64,000 nucleotides of DNA, taken from positions 20,092 through 84,091 of the forward strand of contig CBFFRQ010000073.1 of the NCBI GenBank assembly GCA_965644315.1, read 5' to 3'. The notes under the pieces were generated by a model that saw only the letters and a program-made list of their open reading frames with translations, was not told the origin of the DNA and did no database searches. Shown piece after piece: positions 11,178 to 20,000 of this stretch (positions are counted from its first letter, which is position 1; every line of letters starts with the position of its first letter). The stretch comes from Caecitellus pseudoparvulus (Eukaryota; Protista; Bigyra: Bicosoecida). The position numbers and the translations under genes are program-made.

Positions 11178-13343
11178 ATGCAAGTCAACTTGCCAGAGTG
11201 GGACGACGAACGCAGCTCAGATGAAGGTCGGGGTCCGTCTCCAATTTCACCTGCCTCTCTCACTCCTGACGAAGCTCCGGAGGCACCACTGCATGACCAC
11301 CTCGTGGATGTGCCTTGCCGCCCGCAACCACACACCCTTACGGTGACACTATCACCGGGATTGACTACTGTGCGGGCAGACGAGGGCGAAGCTGATGATC
11401 GACCCGGTATTGGCTCCCAGGCAGCTCCGCAACGGGACCGTGCCACTCCTCCAGACGAAAGCGACGTCCCGCTCCCTCGCTTTGTGAGCAGCCTCTCGGC
11501 GTCGCAAGCTGCTGAGGAAGACGGTGCTGCCAGTCAACAAGACGCAGTACTGGCTACCCTGGACAGTCTTATGCTGGCTGCCGTAGGGCCGAGTTCGCAG
11601 TCCCAGGATTCAGTGGCAGCACCCCCCCACACAGTGACGCTGGACCTGTCCGCAGCGCTCTCGGCTCGAGCATCAGAACGGCCTGGCCCGCCCTCCCCTA
11701 CCCTACCATCCTTGCCCTCTCAAGAGCTCGTGCAGTGGACACAGAACATGCAAGGCCCGGCCCACACCCCAGGGGGGGGGGTGACGCAGGCTCTACAGCG
11801 GCTGCGCAGGCGGCCTTCCCACCGCAGCCGCATGCATTCCCCAGGCAGCGTGCACAGTCGTCTGTCAACAAAGTCGCAGCTCTCAACAGCTTCCTCTGTT
11901 TCACACCACGCGAAGGCGTGGAATGCAGGGGTACGGGGGGGGGCCACGGCCGCCATTAGCGGAGGTGGCGGTGCGACTGCACGCCTAGCGCCGACACACC
12001 CGCCCAGTGTGCCCCTCGTCAATGGCAGGCTTGCATGGCGCCGCAAGGCAAAGAGCTCTGGATACGGCCAGAAGCCTGCTGCGTCCCACGCACGCGCCAG
12101 CCGCGCCTCAGCGAGCAACCTTGGTCCGCCAAACGCTCCTCCCCAGGACAGTAGCTCCGCTGCCCCAAGGCAGGACCCGCTGCCCCGCCGTCGTCTGCTG
12201 GACAGCTTGCTACAGCACTTGCGCCGGTCTGGCTGCGTCAGCATGGCAGATGCTCGGCGATCGGCCTTGTTGCTGGTCTCTGACGCGGCAGCTCTGCATG
12301 CCGCCGAGGCCGCCGTGGTGCGGGGCGTTCAGCCTGCCCGGGTGGCCAGCGTCCTGGCCGCGGGACTGAGCGGCGATAGCACAACTGCCGCATCCCAGCA
12401 CAGCTACATTTCCCACTTGCCCGATGCCGAGGTCCGGGCGCGCCTGCAGCGCCTCATGCACGGCACCAGCCAGCCTGCTGACCAGGAGGTTGACGGCAGC
12501 TCCGAGCTCAGTTCGACCGCCTCCAGCAGTGCTTCAGTACCGCAGCAGCAGCCCAGCAAAGACCCCACCCTGGAGCCAGGCGCCATGGTGGATCTGGATG
12601 ACGCCAGTGACGACGCCAGCTCTGCGGATGCCAGCCAGCAACCCACGCCAGCATTCATGGACACACCCCGTAGTGCACCTGTCTTTGGAAGAGCCAGCAG
12701 CGTAGAGGGTGGTGTGCGCGGCAGGGGCCAGGGTCGCCGCCCTCCGCGAGTGCCGGCACGGCAGGTTTCCACTGACACGCACTACTCTGCGCTGTCAGCG
12801 GTGGCCGCGGCGGCGTCCGTATCAGGCGGGTTGCCTGGTGGGCGCACCCGCCGCACGGCATCCACTGGAGCTGGAAGCGTGACTTCGTTTACAGCCGCCC
12901 CACTGCGATCGTCCGGCAGCCGGCTTCAGCAGGCGTCCAGTGACATCAGCTCTGCCTCAGCACGGCGTGCACCAGGCAGCAGTTTATCGACACCCCGGGA
13001 TCCACCAGAATCGGTGCGGACACCCACGTCCAGCGCCCAGGAGGCGGACTTGGACTCGTCCTCCACCCAAACGTCTCCGTCCCGTGCAACGGGCAAGGCC
13101 TCCTCTCCGCAAGCTGCTGCGGAAGTACTGCATGAGGTCCCGGAAGACTTCCCGCCCTCCCCTGCCACGTCCGTTCATGGTGAGGCACAGCCGTCCCCAC
13201 CCACCCCTCTGGATGAGCCACCCGCGCCGTCTGGTGGGACGGAAGCCCCACCTTCCAAGCCATCTGTCGCAGAGGAGGCGCCCTCCCGAGGCTGCTGTGC
13301 ATGGTGGCCGTGGAAGCGCCAGGGCTCAGCGACGTCTGCCTGA
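11178..13343 (+). CDS. Hypothetical low-complexity Ser/Pro/Ala-rich protein with C-terminal CC motif
   Basis: 721-aa ATG-initiated ORF, mostly disordered in composition; ends RGCCAWWPWKRQGSATSA. Confidence 0.65.
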   Translation: MQVNLPEWDDERSSDEGRGPSPISPASLTPDEAPEAPLHDHLVDVPCRPQPHTLTVTLSPGLTTVRADEGEADDRPGIGSQAAPQRDRATPPDESDVPLPRFVSSLSASQAAEEDGAASQQDAVLATLDSLMLAAVGPSSQSQDSVAAPPHTVTLDLSAALSARASERPGPPSPTLPSLPSQELVQWTQNMQGPAHTPGGGVTQALQRLRRRPSHRSRMHSPGSVHSRLSTKSQLSTASSVSHHAKAWNAGVRGGATAAISGGGGATARLAPTHPPSVPLVNGRLAWRRKAKSSGYGQKPAASHARASRASASNLGPPNAPPQDSSSAAPRQDPLPRRRLLDSLLQHLRRSGCVSMADARRSALLLVSDAAALHAAEAAVVRGVQPARVASVLAAGLSGDSTTAASQHSYISHLPDAEVRARLQRLMHGTSQPADQEVDGSSELSSTASSSASVPQQQPSKDPTLEPGAMVDLDDASDDASSADASQQPTPAFMDTPRSAPVFGRASSVEGGVRGRGQGRRPPRVPARQVSTDTHYSALSAVAAAASVSGGLPGGRTRRTASTGAGSVTSFTAAPLRSSGSRLQQASSDISSASARRAPGSSLSTPRDPPESVRTPTSSAQEADLDSSSTQTSPSRATGKASSPQAAAEVLHEVPEDFPPSPATSVHGEAQPSPPTPLDEPPAPSGGTEAPPSKPSVAEEAPSRGCCAWWPWKRQGSATSA

Positions 13344-13439
13344 GCCAAGTTCTGCTGAGTGGAGCAGTGTGAGCTGACTGCAAGGCACCACACTTTGCAC
13401 GAGCGCACCTCACACAAGCACGTCAGAACTGCATTGGGC

Positions 13440-15248
13440 CTATGCCTCCGGCGTCTCCTTCTCCACCTCGGTCTCGCCGTCACTCTCTCCGTCTTCCCGC
13501 GCTGCAGCCGCCGCTGTGGCGATGGACTTACCAGTGCCCGAGCGTGTGAGGGCGCTCAGGTGGTTTTGGGCCAGGGTCGCGCACAGCATGCAGGCTGAGC
13601 AGACAGTGAAGACGGCTGTGGAGGAAAACTTGCCAATGTTCACGAGCACCAGCATGACGACGATGTTGAGGCCGACACGGAAGATGTTCATGAGCGTGGA
13701 GCGAATCTCCTCTGGCACGTGCTCCGAGCGCTGGATGCCGACGAGGGGGAAGTACAGCCCACACACCACCTCGAAGCCGCAAAAGGCCAAGAGCAATACA
13801 TGGGGACTGCCCGCCACGAAGATGGGCGCAGTGAGCAGCATCGTGGCTGCTGCGAAGGCCAGCGTCGCCAGGTCTTCCACACGCAGGGATTTCAGGAGCG
13901 GGGCGACGGACCGCGAGCCCAGCATAATGCATGCCATGAAGGAAGCGAAGATGAGGCCGTGTGGGACGAGCTCGGCGTCCACGTCCGCATCAGGGTCGGA
14001 CGCAAGCAATGCGGACTTGGCAGCGCCCTCCAGCGCAGGCGTCCACATGAACACGAAGATGAACATGGCCCCCTCGTACAAGGACTGAATGATGGCAAGC
14101 ATGGCGATCTTCTGGTCTGCGGTGGGGTGGGCGGAGAAGTAGCGGCACGCGGTGCAGCAGGTGCTGCAGGCATCGCGGCGCCAGCGCTGGGCACGCACTG
14201 CTGGCGATGGCTTGCAGGCCAGCCTTGAAGCCGGAAATGGCCCCACTGAAAGAAGTAGCCCCCACTGAGGCAGTGCCAGTGTTCTCTTCCCAGGTGAAAG
14301 TGACGAGGGCCAAGACGCCCACCAGGACAAGAGAGGCCAGGTCGAATGGGGCCACAGGCCCGGCAACCTGGTTTGCCAAGGAGGCCAGCAGTCCAGCCAA
14401 GATGGCAGCGACTCCAGAGCTGAAAGTCATCAGGGTGAAGGTCTGGTTCAGCCACTCCTTGGGGTACACGGCCTTGTTGTGTGCGCTGACCATCCACGAC
14501 TCAAAGGACTGCGCAGGGGTGGGCACACGCGAACGGGCGGCGGTGGTGGATGGTTCCCCGCTGGCGTCTCGCATGGCACTCACGGAGGACAAGATGGAGG
14601 TGGCGATGCCGCCCAAGATGCGACCGAGCATGAGAACGTGGAAGTTGTTGAAGTGCTTGGTGATGCAGGACGCCATGTAGAACACCGCAAACAGCTTGCA
14701 GTTCAGCGCCCGTCCAAACTTGTCACCCAAGCCAGCCACGACTGTCCCAAGCATCAGACTCGCACCAAAGCCAGCAATGAACTGAGCAACGTGCGCGAGT
14801 GCAACGGTGGGTTTGGGCAAGGCTGCCTGCAGTGCCCTCGCTCCCGTGGCAGCCGAAAGCGGCGCTAGCTGGCAGACGTTTCAATGTGAAACGCCTGGCA
14901 CCCACTCCAAACTGTTACTCACCAGAATGCCAATGTCCTCCTGACTGAAGCCGTACGTCGCATACAAAGCATACACGTACGGTCCCTGTGAAACAAGAGC
15001 GGCAGCGGGGCAGGGTCCGTGCTCTCAGCAACGGCTTGCAGTTTGCAAAGGCGGCGCACCTGGAGCCAGTCAGAAAGGGATGCAAGGAAGTACACAGCCA
15101 GGAAACTGCGTTGGAACTTCTTGAAGTCATCTGTCGTCGTATCTGAGGACGTGCCACGGTTCTGTGCGTACACGACGCCGGCACAGGCCATGGCAAGGGC
15201 GCCAAACACGACGAGGTAGAACCCCGTGTCGCTTCCACTGGACAGCAT
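13440..15248 (-). CDS. MFSD5: Molybdate-anion transporter (MFSD5/MOT2 family), multi-exon
   Basis: FKKFQRSFLAVYFLASLSDWLQ|GPYVYALY, GRILGGIATSIL, FESWMV, QSLYEGAMFIFVFMWTPAL, RSTLMNIFRV; several GT-AG introns. Confidence 0.92.
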
Positions 15249-15510
15249 GCTGAACGGCTGTTCAAACTGGGCCACAACCTGCGCACCACGGCACAGCACA
15301 AGCAGGAAAGTGCGAGCTGGCGCTTGCAGGCAAAACACACTTTCTCTGCTGTAGTGCACAGCAGGGGAGTTTTTGTGACTGCACCTTGAATTGCCACAGT
15401 CTCGCGCCAGGTCCGCTACACAGCTGTACCAAGCCAGGGTCCGCGGAGCGTGCCCTTCTCGCTCAAAGCCTTGTACGAGCTTGCATTAGTGCATCGGGCT
15501 GCTGATACTA

Positions 15511-16215
15511 ATGGCCAAGGAGAGCCTGTGGTCTGAAACGTGGCCCCTGATCAAGGCGCTGGCTCTGGTGGGCATGACGCAGGCCTACGTTGGCGAAATC
15601 ACCGTGGTGCGGAAATCACTTCCCAACACATCGCGCTTGCTGCGCTCCGCTGGCCAACGTGTATCGCCCACAACGTCGCAGAGCCAAGGGCCATCCATGC
15701 TACCAACGCTGCAGCAGACTGGTGACATTCTGTTTGTCGACAAGCTTTCACCTCGCTGGCGCCCCATCCAGCGTGACGAAATCGTGGTGGCTGCGTCCCC
15801 CCACAAACTAGGCGAGGCCGTCTGCAAGCGTGTACTGGCCTTGGTGAGCCCTTCACACACAGCACGCGACACCGACTTCAACCTGCATTCTGCTGCACCT
15901 GTTGTGGTCCTTCACAGGAGGGCGACGTTGTCACAGTTGGCGGGTCCAGCATGAGAGTGCGGGTGAGAGCTGCTGACTCGCGCGCCTCCCAGCCCGCCAT
16001 GCCGCGGCACCACTTTGGCTAACAACGGCCCGCAGATCCCCCCTGGACACGTTTGGCTGGAGGGTGACAACAAAAGCAACAGCACAGACTCTCGGAAGTA
16101 TGGGCCTGTACCGCTGGCGCTGGTCAAGGGCCGCGTCATCGGTCGCATGTGGCCTCCCCAAGATGCCTGCTGGTTTGGGCCTTCCAGCCCAGAGCCCTTG
16201 CAGGCTGAGCGGTGA
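15511..16215 (+). CDS. IMP1: Mitochondrial inner membrane peptidase subunit (S26 peptidase); introns 15607-15681, 15844-15917, 15963-16035
   Basis: Catalytic Ser in GPSMLPT, Lys in VCKRVLAL|EGD, then [33 protein letters not shown]. Confidence 0.9.
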
Positions 16216-16378
16216 GCAGAGGACCTGCACAGCGAAGGACCCGTGCAGGCTCTGGGGCCAGTGGTGGGAAAGACGGGCACCCCCCCGTGCCCACGGCGCG
16301 CCAGGCAGGCATCGCCACGACCTCCACATAATGAAGACATGCATGGCACTTTGAGGGCCAGGCTTGGCGCTGGGCAGA

Positions 16379-16900
16379 CTAGTCGTACTGCTGCCGCAGC
16401 ACCATCTCTTCCTCGCTCCGCCACACGCGGAAATCTTCACCGACGCCACTCTGGCCATTCATGCGCTGGTGCTTCACCCTGTCCTTTGCAGACACCTTGT
16501 CCTTCTTCGGTCCAGATTTGGAGACTGCTGCAGCCGCCGCTGCGGCGGCCGTGGCAGCTTCGGCGGCGGACGCTTGCAGCTCCGACCTGCGGCTGGACTT
16601 GGCACGGTGCGCATTTGAGGAAGGTTCCGGCTCAGGTGCGGGAAGTTCACGTTTTCTGACATTGGAGGCCAGCTTGTATCCGGCTCCTGTTCCGTCCTCC
16701 TTGTCCCTCGCAGCATCCACGTGGGTGGACTTCAAGAATGCAGGGCCACCAGCGTCATCTGCAGCATCCAGCAAGTCTGCCGCTGTAGGCAGCACGGGGC
16801 TACCTTTTCGGCCAGATTCCTTTTTGTTTGGGCACGAGGCTGGGCTGTGTATTGAGCCTTCGCTATCGCTGCTGTCTGAGGAGTATGCCACAAGCGCCAT
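16379..16900 (-). CDS. Small conserved hypothetical protein, probably nuclear
   Basis: N-terminal MALVAYSSDSSDSE; C-terminal KDRVKHQRMNGQSGVGEDFRVWRSEEEMVLRQQYD resembles a motif recalled from uncharacterised plant/protist proteins. Confidence 0.75.
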   Translation of the reverse strand: MALVAYSSDSSDSEGSIHSPASCPNKKESGRKGSPVLPTAADLLDAADDAGGPAFLKSTHVDAARDKEDGTGAGYKLASNVRKRELPAPEPEPSSNAHRAKSSRRSELQASAAEAATAAAAAAAAVSKSGPKKDKVSAKDRVKHQRMNGQSGVGEDFRVWRSEEEMVLRQQYD

Positions 16901-17006
16901 TTCGGACGAGTTTCATGCGCGTTTCGGCTTCGCATGGCAGCCGGTAGGAGCGCGTGTGGGGAGTGTGATGCCCGATTCGGGCGTGGTGTATTAATTGTCC
17001 GTGGGA

Positions 17007-20000
17007 ATGGGCAGTGCTGGCTGTGCAGTTGCGCGGGTGGCCCTCATGCCTTGGCAAGGGGCTCTCTACATGTGCGCTCCAGCTCCACAGCATTTGCACG
17101 ATGACTGTAACTTCCAACTTCCTCCAAATGCAAACCCAATCACTTGCAGGTTGGCTGAAACGCGCGCTGACCACTTGCTTGTGGAAGGGTCCCAGTCAAG
17201 TGGGCGGCTCGTTGGGCGAGCGGTCGTGTGTCGCAGACGCAACACGCCTTGCCACCCTCTCTCCACGGGAACCCTGCACCTCAGTATGGACGGGGCAAGC
17301 GTGTACAGGGAGCCTGACCAGGGTCTGGTTTTTCATCCCGCAGCGTCAGCTGGACACGCACCCTGTCCCGCGTTTGTCGATGCCACCGCCGTTTGCCAGG
17401 GTTGCGGGTTCTTAGGAGGGCTGGTCTTCATGACCGGCCTGGGCGTGAAGGTCTGCCCCATGTGCGCCTGGGCGATGCCAGCGCAGGGGGCTGGCCCCAG
17501 TGTGTACCTCGGAGCATTTCATCCCACCGCGGGTGGCCTCACCATATTTCTATCGTACGGGCATGACGGGCTGACAGACGTGTCCCGCCACCTCACGAGA
17601 GTGTTGAAGAAGCGGGGGCACTCCGTGTGGTTCGACGAGACGTCCCTAACGTCAGGCTGCGACTGGGCGCGAGAGATGGCGGCAGGCCTCTCCAATGCGC
17701 GCGCTGCAGGCCCCCGAGGGCGCGTCATCGCCATGCTGGCCCAGCACGGCTTCCGGCGCAAGGATGGCATGGCCCAGGGGTACTGCCACCGGGAGGTGGC
17801 GGAAGCCTGCCAGACCATGCCTCAGTACCTCCTGCCCATCATGCTGGAAGACATGGAGCCGCCTGCCTGCCTGCGCTCCATGCAAGCCCACTTCTTCGAC
17901 ATGCGGGGTGTCCTGACGGCGCGAGCATCACCCCCTCACCCCAAAGCCTCCCCCCCTTGGGGTGGCGGCGGTCTGACCCCCGAGGAGTGGCAGGCCTTCC
18001 TGACCAGGGATCCAGGCATGATCACTGCCGTGAATTCCATCGTGTCCATGCTGGAGACAGGCCACTTTGGCCCGCCACTGGTCCCTGAATCCCTGTGGTG
18101 TGAAATGGCAGCAGGGACAGGAGCTGCTGCAGCGGGTGCGGGGGCAGCTGCGGCGGCAGAGGCCGCGGAGCTGGAAGGGGCCAAGGAGAAGCCAAGAATC
18201 TTCATTTCCTGCGACTCCAAGGCTGCTGCTGTCGGGCAGTACATCGCTACCTACCTTCACGGCGCTGACTATGAAGTGGCCTTCGATGCCGAGGTGGCTT
18301 CGTGGGGTGACGAGCGGGGGCAGGCCTTTCGTGAGGTGCGGCGGGCATACTTGAAGTCGGCTATTTTTTGGACGGCAGGCAAGACCAACAGCTGGGGCGC
18401 GTATAAAGCTCGGCGGGACGAGCTGCTGGGCGCAGCGTCCGCTGAAGCCCGGGGAGGAGGAGGGGACCCAACACCCACCGGCGTGTCAGGATCCCCCCTT
18501 GCTGCCGACGACGCAGATGACACGGGGGCAGCTGTGCGACAGGGCTCCACCAAGGCCTGTGAGGCGCCAGTGACCAAGCCTGGCAAGTGCCTCTTCATCA
18601 TGACTCGCGACTCTGTCCTCAGGTCCGAGGCGCCGGGTTCCAACAAGTCCGGGCAGTGCAAGGACGAGTTTGACCTGGCCTTCTCCAAGGGCATCTCCTT
18701 CATCCCCTTGAAAGCGGAGGAGTGCACGGCCCCACTCTCCATCGTCGGATTGCAGTACCTGTCGCTGTCGCGGGCTGTGGAGCGGGACGCCGCTGGCGCG
18801 CTGGTGGTGAAGGAAGAGGCGTTCGCCGCCGTGCTGCCGCAAATCTTGAAAGGCCTCACCGGCTCCCTCGCCTCCGAAGGTGAGCAACTGGTGAAGTCCA
18901 ACCGCATCAGGCGCGGCTTGCAGCCATGCGACTACAAGGCGTACTTGGAGCAGTGCTTGGGGCGCATGTTCTTCCCACCCCCCTCGTGTGTGAGCCGCGC
19001 CGAAGAGTGGCTTGCGGCCGCCTCTGCACGGGCGAAGAGCGTCGTGGCTAGCTCCACAAGCAGTGCCTCGATTCTCCGTGGTGCGAGCGTGATGGTGGTG
19101 CAGGGGCCAGTGGGGACCGGCAAGACCGCCTTCGTGCGGCACCTGGCTGACGAGTGGGGCGCCGTGCGTGCACAGCACATTGCTGCAGAGGGGGATGACG
19201 CCAAGCTGTCTGCGCTGCGGGCCATCTCCAGCATTGCATACCAGCTCACGCGGGCCTTCCCGTCCCTGACTGAGATGCTACTCAAGGACTCCTTCTTGGA
19301 GAAGCGCCTACCGACGCTGACGGCCAGGCGGTGGTTTAAAGACCTCTTCATTGAGAAGCTGCAGCAAGCGGTCGTGTGGGAGCCACTCGGTGAGGGCAAG
19401 GAGCCCCCTCTTGTCATCGTCATGGTGGACGGCGTGGACTTGATGGTGGATGCTGACAGCGAGGACAAGGTGAACACCTTCTTGGAGTGCTTGATGCAGT
19501 TCGCCGAGGACATGCCAGCCAACGTCGCATTCCTGCTCACTTGCCGCAGCACGTCCTATTGCGACCCACACTTTGGTACGCTGGAGTCTTTGCTGGCAAG
19601 GCTGCACACCAAGGGCGCCGCAACGTCCATGCTGCCGATGATGGACCCAGCCGGTGCGAGTGAGCGGGAGGACTGCATTCGCAAGTACCTCAGGGATGCC
19701 CTTCCGAAGGCGGTGCCCCCTCCCGCCCCGACGGATGGTGGTGGTCTGGCTCTAGGAAGCCATGGGACACCCACACCAGACCCATTGTCGAGGCAGGAGC
19801 AGGGCTCAAGCCTCACGCGAGAACGGCGCCAGAGCTCTGTGCTGGCCGAGCTGGGCGTTGGAGCCTCAAGCATGCTCGAGGCAGACGGTCCTTGGGCTTC
19901 GCAGGTTGCCAAGGCCACCGACTGCATCGTGCAGCGCTCGGAGGGCGTCTTTTTGTACGCTGTTCAGATCATCAGAGACCTCAAGTCCGGAACAAATCTT

